In this document: positions 48,515-55,725 of the stretch, one piece after another | Layout of the letters: each line of letters opens with the position of its first letter | Position numbering within the stretch: position 1 is the first letter of the stretch | Made by a program: the position numbers and the translations under genes | Virus record (IMG/VR): IMGVR_UViG_3300027834_000005 | Coordinates: 62,001 to 126,000 of that record | Direction: 5' to 3' (one strand) | DNA length: 64,000 bases | Notes under the pieces: generated by a model | The model's database searches: none | Seen by the model: the letters and a program-made list of their open reading frames with translations, nothing else | Told to the model about the DNA's origin: nothing

Positions 48515-48579
48515 GAATAGCAAATGTAAATGCCATTTTTGAACCACATTTTTGAATGGCATTTTTGAATCTCATACCC
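48515..48579. repeat. 13-bp-period repeat array, copy 3
   Basis: gaatagcaaatgt aaatgccattttt gaaccacattttt gaatggcattttt gaatctcataccc. Confidence 0.75.
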
Positions 48580-48744
48580 GCGCCACACTCCCGCGCCACA
48601 CACGACACGTCAGTCACACGCGAACATATACTCGCACGAATACATACGTGCATATAATATCACACATTATATACATATAGCGCTTGACAACGTGTGTACC
48701 TATGCTATTATAGGCACACATTAACAAGTTCTGAGGGGAACACC

Positions 48745-49047
48745 ATGAGTACAACATCTACTAAGTCATTGCGCATTAGAACCTACACTGGTTATATTAA
48801 CACACAAGCCATCGTCATTGGCGAGCACGTAGCTACTAACACCTACATTGCCGCGAAAGGCATCATAGGCGGTCTGTGGGACGTAGACCATACCGAGGCA
48901 CAAGAGATTATCATGGGCGCTATCGTAGGCACTGAAGCGATACACAGAACTAGATTATGTAGTGATGGTGATGTAACAATGAGATTGATAGTGGATGTCA
49001 TAGAAACAGACGCCACTGAGATCAAAGATGAGTATGCATACGCATAG
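48745..49047 (+). CDS. Hypothetical early protein
   Basis: Family-1 leader. Confidence 0.75.
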   Translation: MSTTSTKSLRIRTYTGYINTQAIVIGEHVATNTYIAAKGIIGGLWDVDHTEAQEIIMGAIVGTEAIHRTRLCSDGDVTMRLIVDVIETDATEIKDEYAYA

Positions 49048-49106
49048 TCACACAGTCCACCATCATACCACACATGTAGTTATCCGCAACATGTTTATTC
49101 ATACAG

Positions 49107-49180
49107 TACTGGTTGGATATACAGTACTGGTTGGATATACAGTACTGGTTGGATATACAGTACTGGTTGGATATACAGTG
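49107..49180. repeat. Four tandem LexA SOS boxes (18-bp repeat)
   Basis: CTG-GTTGGATATA-CAG at 49109, 49127, 49145, 49163; reverse strand reads TACTGTATATCCAACCAGTA. Confidence 0.8.
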
Positions 49181-49189
49181 GATTTGGTA

Positions 49190-49283
49190 AACGCGAATCA
49201 TTCGCATTCGCATTCTCATTACCCAAATAGCAGGCAGGAGTGGTGTAGCTCTATTATACTAGCATTCACAACAACAACACAAG
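49190..49283 (-). ncRNA. Non-coding cassette C
   Basis: TTGTGT..TATAAT(-); core starts at predicted +1 (49246); Fur-like hexamers 49190-49220. Confidence 0.55.
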
Positions 49284-49481
49284 CTTTATTTCATCTAATT
49301 AAATATAAAATGAATGAATAAAAAGCTTTACATATACAGCCAGTTCTATAATATAGGTGGCACTTGTTTAGAACAACAAACAAAAAGAAAGACAAATAAA
49401 AGCTTGCAATACTCTTTCACTTGTCTATAATGAGAATCATCAAAACAAAAAAACAAAAACTTTTATATAACGGGCTTACTT

Positions 49482-50102
49482 ATGAACATTATCTCTTCTT
49501 TGAAAAAAGCAACATTGGCTAAAATCGAATCAGCACAGGCGAATGCAGCCATTACTAAACGCGCAAACGGCGCACGTATCACAGCGGGACAAGTGGCGGC
49601 AATCGCGGCAACTAAGCCAGCACTGGTTAAACTAACACAAGTCACGCCTGTAGCACTAGCAGCAGCCAACAAACAGCGCAACATTGTTAAGGTAGCACAA
49701 ACAGTGTGTATCTTGCCTAATGATTCGGACGTATACACAAGCGCCATTAAGCACACGGCAAAAGGTAGCGCCGAAGATATCGCAGCATATACGCCACGCG
49801 AAAGCAAGTATAATCATTGCGGTAGTGCTTATGCAGCGCTAACACTTAAATCAGATGATAGCAAGGAATATTTATATACAATTCAAGACAATTGTACAAA
49901 ATCTGTACTAGTTGACGCCGACACTGGCACAGTTTTAGAAAAAGCGCAAGTTGCTGAATTAATGACCAAATCAGCAGCCAAAAAATTGCTAGGTGATACC
50001 AGCGCAGAAAAAACCAACAAAACCTTTGACATTGAGCACGATGTATGCGTACGCACAATCAAGATGGAAAATGTTATTAAGATGGAAGAAGTATCCATCT
50101 AA
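49482..50102 (+). CDS. Hypothetical early protein (paralog of 37276..37839)
   Basis: Tandem promoters upstream; shared C-terminal motifs. Confidence 0.8.
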   Translation: MNIISSLKKATLAKIESAQANAAITKRANGARITAGQVAAIAATKPALVKLTQVTPVALAAANKQRNIVKVAQTVCILPNDSDVYTSAIKHTAKGSAEDIAAYTPRESKYNHCGSAYAALTLKSDDSKEYLYTIQDNCTKSVLVDADTGTVLEKAQVAELMTKSAAKKLLGDTSAEKTNKTFDIEHDVCVRTIKMENVIKMEEVSI

Positions 50103-50116
50103 TAGAACGCTAACAC

Positions 50117-50145
50117 AAAAGACTGGCATTGTCCAGTCTTTTTTT
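50117..50145. terminator. Bidirectional terminator
   Basis: aaaagactgg-cattgt-ccagtc followed by T-run; near-copy at 55192-55218. Confidence 0.75.
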
Positions 50146-50147
50146 AT

Positions 50148-50251
50148 ATACGAATGATTCTCAATTGCAAATGATTATCATTCTCATTACCCAAATACCA
50201 TGCAGGAGTGGTGTAAGGTCATTATACTACCAACCACAACAACAACACAAG
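50148..50251 (-). ncRNA. Non-coding cassette D
   Basis: -10 at 50221-50226(-); core 50203-50214; Fur box 50170-50188; runs into the bidirectional terminator. Confidence 0.6.
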
Positions 50252-50374
50252 CTTTATTTCATCTAAATTAAATATAAAAAGAATGAATAAAAAGCTTTAC
50301 ATACTCAGCTCGTTCTATATAATGATTACATCAGCTAAGGGATTACCTCTTAGCACCCTTTGAGAGTATTTGCT

Positions 50375-50926
50375 ATGTCTTCACGTAGAATTAATGTATC
50401 AGTTGAACAGTTAGCCACAGAAGCGAAACAGAACGAATTAGCCCGTGTGGACGCAATTAATGCAACTCGTAACATGCTCAATAAGTTACAGCCCTTAATT
50501 GCTGCGCGTATAGCCAAAGGTATTAAGTTTAAAAACGACGGTAGCCCATACGCTAAAGACGCCAAAGATATTGCCGCTATCGTAGCCAATGCGGTTGGTG
50601 GTGAAAAAATACATGTTATGGTAATGTATAAAGAAATCCCTAACCCAATTAGACCTATTCCTTCGACTATACGCATACAGGCAAGGGCGCACTATAGCAA
50701 AATTAGCTCAATATATAACGACTTGAACGGAAAACCGGACGTAAGCGGCCAGAGCTGCGAGGAAAATGCCTATGTGGGTGTTGCTGAGTCTTTCGAGTAC
50801 AAAGATAAACCGCTTTTATCAGTGGATCAAGTAGTAAAGGCTAAAGCCAGAATCACAGAAATAGACGACCTGATAAGTGCATTAAATGGCGAGCGTTCCG
50901 CACTTGCGCACTCTATTGATCTTTAA
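50375..50926 (+). CDS. Hypothetical early protein
   Basis: Family-2 promoter. Confidence 0.75.
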   Translation: MSSRRINVSVEQLATEAKQNELARVDAINATRNMLNKLQPLIAARIAKGIKFKNDGSPYAKDAKDIAAIVANAVGGEKIHVMVMYKEIPNPIRPIPSTIRIQARAHYSKISSIYNDLNGKPDVSGQSCEENAYVGVAESFEYKDKPLLSVDQVVKAKARITEIDDLISALNGERSALAHSIDL

Positions 50927-51018
50927 TACACATTAATACTTTACATACTCAGCTAGTTCTGTATAATGATTACATCAGCTAGGGGATTGTCCCCTAGCAC
51001 CTTTTAAGAGTATTTGCC

Positions 51019-51312
51019 ATGACTACTGTCGCTGCTATTGCCACCGCTACGCCTAAAGATATGATGATAAAACATGTTAACTTTTGTTTCCCTGTCGCTT
51101 GTGCCCGTGATGGACAAGATTTCTTTAAGCACGCATCAGACACTATACACTTAAACTCTAAAAATGTCATCTTGAAGTTTACGCCGTTGTATGATAGCAA
51201 GACGCGCACTGTCGAGAAAGTATTCGATAACTTTCTAAAAAGCCACGGGTGGTACTTAGAAGCGTACACGGTAACAGAACTAATCTTAAGAAAACGCATA
51301 ACACACAATTAA
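51019..51312 (+). CDS. Hypothetical early protein
   Basis: Family-2 promoter. Confidence 0.7.
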   Translation: MTTVAAIATATPKDMMIKHVNFCFPVACARDGQDFFKHASDTIHLNSKNVILKFTPLYDSKTRTVEKVFDNFLKSHGWYLEAYTVTELILRKRITHN

Positions 51313-51321
51313 ACCGTTCTA

Positions 51322-51337
51322 TGTTTCACGTGAAACA
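51322..51337. promoter_or_regulatory. parS site
   Basis: TGTTTCACGTGAAACA, perfect consensus. Confidence 0.85.
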
Positions 51338-51357
51338 TTACCCACTATATGTGGGTA

Positions 51358-51439
51358 AATGCGTATCATTCTCATTAAGTAAATAGCGGACAGGAGTGGT
51401 GTAAGGTCATTATACTACCAACCGCAACAACAACACAAG
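51358..51439 (-). ncRNA. Non-coding cassette E
   Basis: -10 at 51409-51414(-); core 51391-51402; Fur-like box 51358-51376; parS follows. Confidence 0.6.
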
Positions 51440-51528
51440 CTTTTTCTTTATTATCTTTTTGCACAATAAAGCTTTACATACTCAGCTAGATCTGTATAAT
51501 TCAGTAATGTTTATAAGGTTCTATGTGT

Positions 51529-51939
51529 ATGAAAACTACAGACAAGCAAACAAATATATCAGGTTTTTGGCGTATGTGCGCGAGCATCATATTTGACGTT
51601 GTTGCGCACGACGGTGGCGGCTTATCATACTCTTATTACCACGGCAGACAGTTAAGGTCTGGATGTATGCATGATCCTAAGCTATTCACGCAGAATTACA
51701 CACAGTTTAACGTAGATAGCGCAGAAAAAGACCTTGAAGCATTTATTAATGTATTCAATACTTTACATGCTGCCAATGACGCGCTAACAGAGGAAAAACA
51801 ATTTATATTTGATAAAGTTGACACACTAATAACTTTACTGTATAGGGCAGGCGTGGATTATGATGGTGTTACACTAGACATTGACTATAGAAAAGACCAC
51901 CCAACGTATAGCAGAAATAGTAAGTTTTCTTTTCAATAA
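51529..51939 (+). CDS. Hypothetical early protein
   Basis: Family-2 promoter. Confidence 0.7.
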   Translation: MKTTDKQTNISGFWRMCASIIFDVVAHDGGGLSYSYYHGRQLRSGCMHDPKLFTQNYTQFNVDSAEKDLEAFINVFNTLHAANDALTEEKQFIFDKVDTLITLLYRAGVDYDGVTLDIDYRKDHPTYSRNSKFSFQ

Positions 51940-52021
51940 AGCTTTACATACTCAGCTAGATCTGTATAATTGTTAACAAGTCGGGGGCATACAGCAACCG
52001 ACACAGTTTAGAGTATTTGTT

Positions 52022-52399
52022 ATGACTTTTTCTATCGTTAGTTCTACTGCAAAAACCATCTTCACCCCTAGTGCATCTACTCCGCGCCATGAACACGACT
52101 GCGACTGTTGTACATTTACTGGTACTTACGGCGACTATGATCTTTATCATTGCCCTAAGAGCGATGAGGGCACGATCATAGCACGTTTCGGCATTGATGG
52201 CGATTACTATAGCCGCCCGTTATCCTTATGTAAAAGTTCAATGAGCTGTGATCATCCATTGTCTGCCGCCCTTGCTGCATATAAGGAGCACACAGAACAA
52301 CCCGTAACAATTGGCGATCTTATCAAGCGACAAATGGACGAGTCAACCTTTAAAGAAGAACATCTAGCGCATTTTAATAAATGTCTTAATAGGGAATAA
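52022..52399 (+). CDS. His/Cys-motif hypothetical protein
   Basis: PRHEHDCDCC..DLYHC. Confidence 0.75.
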   Translation: MTFSIVSSTAKTIFTPSASTPRHEHDCDCCTFTGTYGDYDLYHCPKSDEGTIIARFGIDGDYYSRPLSLCKSSMSCDHPLSAALAAYKEHTEQPVTIGDLIKRQMDESTFKEEHLAHFNKCLNRE

Positions 52400-52486
52400 A
52401 AACCCTTTACATACTCAGCTAGTTCTGTATAATTGTTAACAAGTCGGGGGCATACAGCAACCGACACCTTTTTGAGAGTATTTACC

Positions 52487-52663
52487 ATGGCTACATTAGT
52501 TGCTGCGAAACAAGTTAAAGCTGGCGATCTTATCATGGACAAGGGCACAAAGCGACAAGTGTCTATGGTTCGCGTATCAGGTGGCGGCGTCGATATCTAT
52601 TGTGTATGTGGCGAGCATTTAGACAAGATAGCCGATCAACAAGTATCATTGGTGGAGGTGTAA
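52487..52663 (+). CDS. Small hypothetical protein
   Basis: Family-2 leader. Confidence 0.65.
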   Translation: MATLVAAKQVKAGDLIMDKGTKRQVSMVRVSGGGVDIYCVCGEHLDKIADQQVSLVEV

Positions 52664-52665
52664 TC

Positions 52666-52857
52666 ATGGCTAGTGTATACGGTGTTAATAGTCCTCGTAG
52701 TGGTCACATAGATGTAAGCAATACGGAACGTGGTGCAAAGAACTACGCAACGCGCAACGGCTACACAGAAGTAACAGAGCGCAACACAAATCACATGACG
52801 GCTATTATCATAGCTGAAAAACATGATGGTATGTGGTGCAAACCTTATTCATTATAG
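52666..52857 (+). CDS. Small hypothetical protein
   Basis: GGAGG RBS. Confidence 0.65.
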   Translation: MASVYGVNSPRSGHIDVSNTERGAKNYATRNGYTEVTERNTNHMTAIIIAEKHDGMWCKPYSL

Positions 52858-52943
52858 TAGTTGACATACTCAGTCAGTTCTATATAATTGTTAACAAGTC
52901 GGGGGCATACAGCAACCGACACAAATCAAAAACGGGATTTATC

Positions 52944-53198
52944 ATGGCTTCATACAAACTTTCTACTATTGCCGCTATCTACGCACTACAACAAGCCATC
53001 GTTGCCGATAAAGCACCTTGCACCCTAACGCAACATTACTTTGCCAAGCAAGTGGTACAGATTGCCGAGCAAGTAGATAACGAGTTTATCATTGATACGC
53101 CTTTAGAGGAAGTCAAAGCAAGCGTTCAATGCGCGTATGATTTTGCTAAGGTTGTGGCGGATAGTGGCGGCCTTGTATACACTCAGGCGAGTGTATAA
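52944..53198 (+). CDS. Small hypothetical protein
   Basis: Family-2 leader. Confidence 0.65.
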   Translation: MASYKLSTIAAIYALQQAIVADKAPCTLTQHYFAKQVVQIAEQVDNEFIIDTPLEEVKASVQCAYDFAKVVADSGGLVYTQASV

Positions 53199-53269
53199 CT
53201 ATGGCTATCACGTTATCAGTTATCATGGTTCTTTCTTTTCCTTTAGTCTTTAGCCTGTAGGGGTTTATT

Positions 53270-53614
53270 ATGCTATTAGTCATTAATGCACTAGAACAAG
53301 TCAAAAGCGGCACTGATGGCGCGGCCACTATAATCTCTCATATTAACGCGCACCCACTCAAAGCGCTTATTGCTGAAGGGCTTTATGAAAAGGTACGGGA
53401 ACGCGATAACATAGCAGATAAACGCTATTCATTACAGGCACGCCGTAAAAAGGCCGACAAGTACACAAACACCGACGCTATGGATAAAGACATAGAAGCG
53501 TTAGGGTTGCAAGAAGATGCCCTAGATGGCGATATAGAGGCCATAGTGCATGAATCTAAGAAAATGCTAAACTTTGAAATTGCATTGATTGTAAACGAAT
53601 TCTCAAAATATTAA
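53270..53614 (+). CDS. Hypothetical coiled-coil protein
   Basis: 114-aa ORF. Confidence 0.65.
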   Translation: MLLVINALEQVKSGTDGAATIISHINAHPLKALIAEGLYEKVRERDNIADKRYSLQARRKKADKYTNTDAMDKDIEALGLQEDALDGDIEAIVHESKKMLNFEIALIVNEFSKY

Positions 53615-53632
53615 ATAAGCCTTTGGGGGGAC

Positions 53633-53711
53633 TTGTGTCCCCTCTTTTTTTGTGTATAATAGAACCACACCACTCCTGCCTGCTATTCCACTAATGAGAA
53701 TGATTATCATT
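53633..53711 (+). ncRNA. Non-coding cassette F
   Basis: TTGTGT-N16-TATAAT; core 53667-53678 at predicted +1; Fur box AATGAGAATGATTATCATT at 53693-53711. Confidence 0.6.
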
Positions 53712-53716
53712 CACAC

Positions 53717-53732
53717 TGTTCCACGTGAAACA
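53717..53732. promoter_or_regulatory. parS site
   Basis: TGTTCCACGTGAAACA fits TGTTNCACGTGAAACA. Confidence 0.8.
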
Positions 53733-53756
53733 TAAACTAACACGCAATCAACTCTA

Positions 53757-53878
53757 AATGAGAATGATTCCCAACAACTGATAGCAGACAGGAGTAGTGT
53801 TTGCCTCCTAGCTCCGCAGCTAGCCCCAATCCCTTATCTCTTAATACCTATTATAATGATCTGAATACATAACGCAAG
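53757..53878 (-). ncRNA. Non-coding cassette G (converges on F)
   Basis: -10 at 53850-53855(-); core 53789-53800; partial Fur-like box at 53757. Confidence 0.55.
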
Positions 53879-54116
53879 CATTATTTCACCTAAATTAAAT
53901 ACAAAATTAGATGATTATATAGTTGACACTAACAGCAGAATGATTAATAATAGCTTCACTGTTTAGGCAAGCCCTAACAGCGCTAAAACAGATATGAAAT
54001 TATCTGAAAATAAAACAAGTAATCGCTTGACTCTATAATCACTAAGCGATACTATATAACAACTGAAACCAATAACGAGTTTCGGACAAAGCCCCAAAGG
54101 GGCAAAGGCTATTATT

Positions 54117-55172
54117 ATGAATACTTCTACTCCTTCAAACGTTGTTTCTCTTTTCTCTAAAACTTCTGCCGCTGTAGCTGTTACTACTGCCGCCGTGGAC
54201 TATGCGCCTGTACGTCAAGAGGCACGCGAGAACGGTCTGTCTACGCCTAACTGGAACGTTCCTACATGTAAGCGTGAAGATATCGGCCTAACGTTACATG
54301 CTCAGCTAGACGCTAAAGGCGTGTTCTATACTGTTGATGGCCGTGATAACTTCGTACAGAATAATGCGGGTGAATTTGTAAGCACTGGCTCGAAAACTAT
54401 CTACAATGAAACGAATGAAAAAACTCTTGGCGTTATGTCTAAAGGTTATGAGATTGTCCAGAATGAAAACATCTTCACTTCTCTTTTTGCAGAGATTGAA
54501 CGTGCTGGCCTAGACGTCTCTAATGCCTTCACACGCGTTAGAATGGATAACGACGGTCAAAGAGTAATGGCGGAAATCATCTTTCCAGAAACATCGTTCG
54601 ACGTCGCTGTAGGTGATACCGTCGCCTTGTCTATCACTGCAATCAATAGCTTTGATGGTAGTGGCGCTTTTCACCTTAAAATGGGCGCGTTTCGTTTCAT
54701 CTGTGCTAACGGTATGGTATCAGCTAACGGTATCATTGAGTATAAGCACCAACACAGCAAAGGCTTAAGCGCTTCAAGTGCTGCTAAGCATATCGCTAAC
54801 GGCATGACTCAATATAATGAAGACAAAGAGTCTTTATTAGAACAAGCCAACACACAAGTAAACGCGCAAGATGTTTATGAAGCGTTAGCAATCATGAACA
54901 AAATTGATACTAAACTAGCGCCAACCTATGAGCAATACCAGCTTGTTATTCGCCCAACACTTAAACGTGAGCCAGCTATAGAGCGTCATATGGGCTTATG
55001 GAATAAGTACAAGGCAGAGCTAGGCAATACCCAATGGGCACTTAACAACGTGCTAACGCATATCAGCACACATGGCGACAAGCCAGAGTATACAGCAGAT
55101 CAAAACATTACTACCCGCTCAGGCAAAGAGAAGTTAGTAGGTGTTGCACTACGTAACATGTTAGCGGCATAA
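54117..55172 (+). CDS. DUF932/DUF945-family protein
   Basis: LGVMSKGYEIVQNE, NSFDGS, GAFRFICANG, TQWALNNVLTH. Confidence 0.8.
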   Translation: MNTSTPSNVVSLFSKTSAAVAVTTAAVDYAPVRQEARENGLSTPNWNVPTCKREDIGLTLHAQLDAKGVFYTVDGRDNFVQNNAGEFVSTGSKTIYNETNEKTLGVMSKGYEIVQNENIFTSLFAEIERAGLDVSNAFTRVRMDNDGQRVMAEIIFPETSFDVAVGDTVALSITAINSFDGSGAFHLKMGAFRFICANGMVSANGIIEYKHQHSKGLSASSAAKHIANGMTQYNEDKESLLEQANTQVNAQDVYEALAIMNKIDTKLAPTYEQYQLVIRPTLKREPAIERHMGLWNKYKAELGNTQWALNNVLTHISTHGDKPEYTADQNITTRSGKEKLVGVALRNMLAA

Positions 55173-55234
55173 GCCCTAACACCTAACACGATAAGGCTGG
55201 CATTGTCCAGCCTTTTTTACGTCTATTGTAATAG

Positions 55235-55554
55235 TTATCCACACCCTGTGCATAACCTGTTAGTAATACTTATCCCCTACCTTATCCACAATCCTATAGT
55301 TATCCACAACCACTGCGCTATTATAGTGCACGACCATGCACCATAGGGGGGCACCCCCCTACCCCTGCCCCTATGCACACGGGTGGCGGCATGTCAAGGG
55401 ATAACTTATGCACAATTGTACACAGAGTTACACACAATATAGCGGTTTTAGCGAAAGTCAAGGGATAACTAGCACTATTTCTGTGCATAAGCCTGTGGAT
55501 AAGAAAAAATAGTTATCACCAGGGGTCCTGTGTATATGTATAACCTGTGGATAA
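55235..55554. promoter_or_regulatory. Cluster of DnaA boxes
   Basis: TTATCCACA at 55235, 55282, 55300, 55494(-), 55546(-); TTATGCACA at 55247(-), 55406, 55482(-); further 1-mismatch boxes. Confidence 0.85.
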
Positions 55555-55652
55555 CTTAGGGGCGACCTAGCCAGCGGCCCAATTTTTTTGCCCCCAGACC
55601 CCCCCCATGGTAAAAATTTTTCCCAGAAAATTTTCCGACCCTCCTACCCCCC

Positions 55653-55725
55653 AACCCTCGGTAAACCCTTGGTGAACCCTTGGTAAACCCTTGGGCGACG
55701 TAGTCGCTACCCTCGGTAAACCTTG
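55653..55725. repeat. 11-bp direct repeats (island right boundary)
   Basis: aaccctcggta aacccttggtg aacccttggta aacccttgggc, preceded by C-runs and A/T tracts. Confidence 0.7.

Larger units (their letters stand above)
30187..48744 (+). promoter_or_regulatory. Early promoter/leader family 1 (14 copies)
   Basis: TTGAC-N16-(TGc)TATTAT-ggttacacattaaacgttctgaggggaac at 30187, 31035, 31575, 34744, 35741, 36119, 39406, 39839, 40216, 40614, 41550, 42368, 45381, 48684. Confidence 0.85.
50296..52922 (+). promoter_or_regulatory. Early promoter family 2 (6 copies)
   Basis: TTTACA-tactcagctagttctg-TATAAT type at 50296, 50940, 51473, 51943, 52406, 52861; identical 34-nt hairpin leader at 51971, 52434, 52889. 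Confidence 0.8.

Noticed and set aside
49101-49180. CRISPR array or CISNQY-repeat protein (ORFs 49022..49219 and 49028..49321)
   Set aside because: The repeats are contiguous with no spacers and there are no cas genes. The ORFs are artefacts of a DNA repeat better explained as SOS boxes.
51340-51357. NrdR box (cccactatatgtggg) between parS and the Fur box
   Set aside because: It matches key positions but is a single degenerate copy, which is not enough support.
22908-53800. CsrA/RsmA-sponge RNA from the CAGGAG motifs
   Set aside because: The promoters point the other way, so the RNA would carry CUCCUG, and there is only one core motif per cassette.
55235-55560. Bacterial oriC contamination or prophage junction
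   Set aside because: No flanking host genes (dnaA, gidA, mioC); tag-bearing phage genes continue on both sides.
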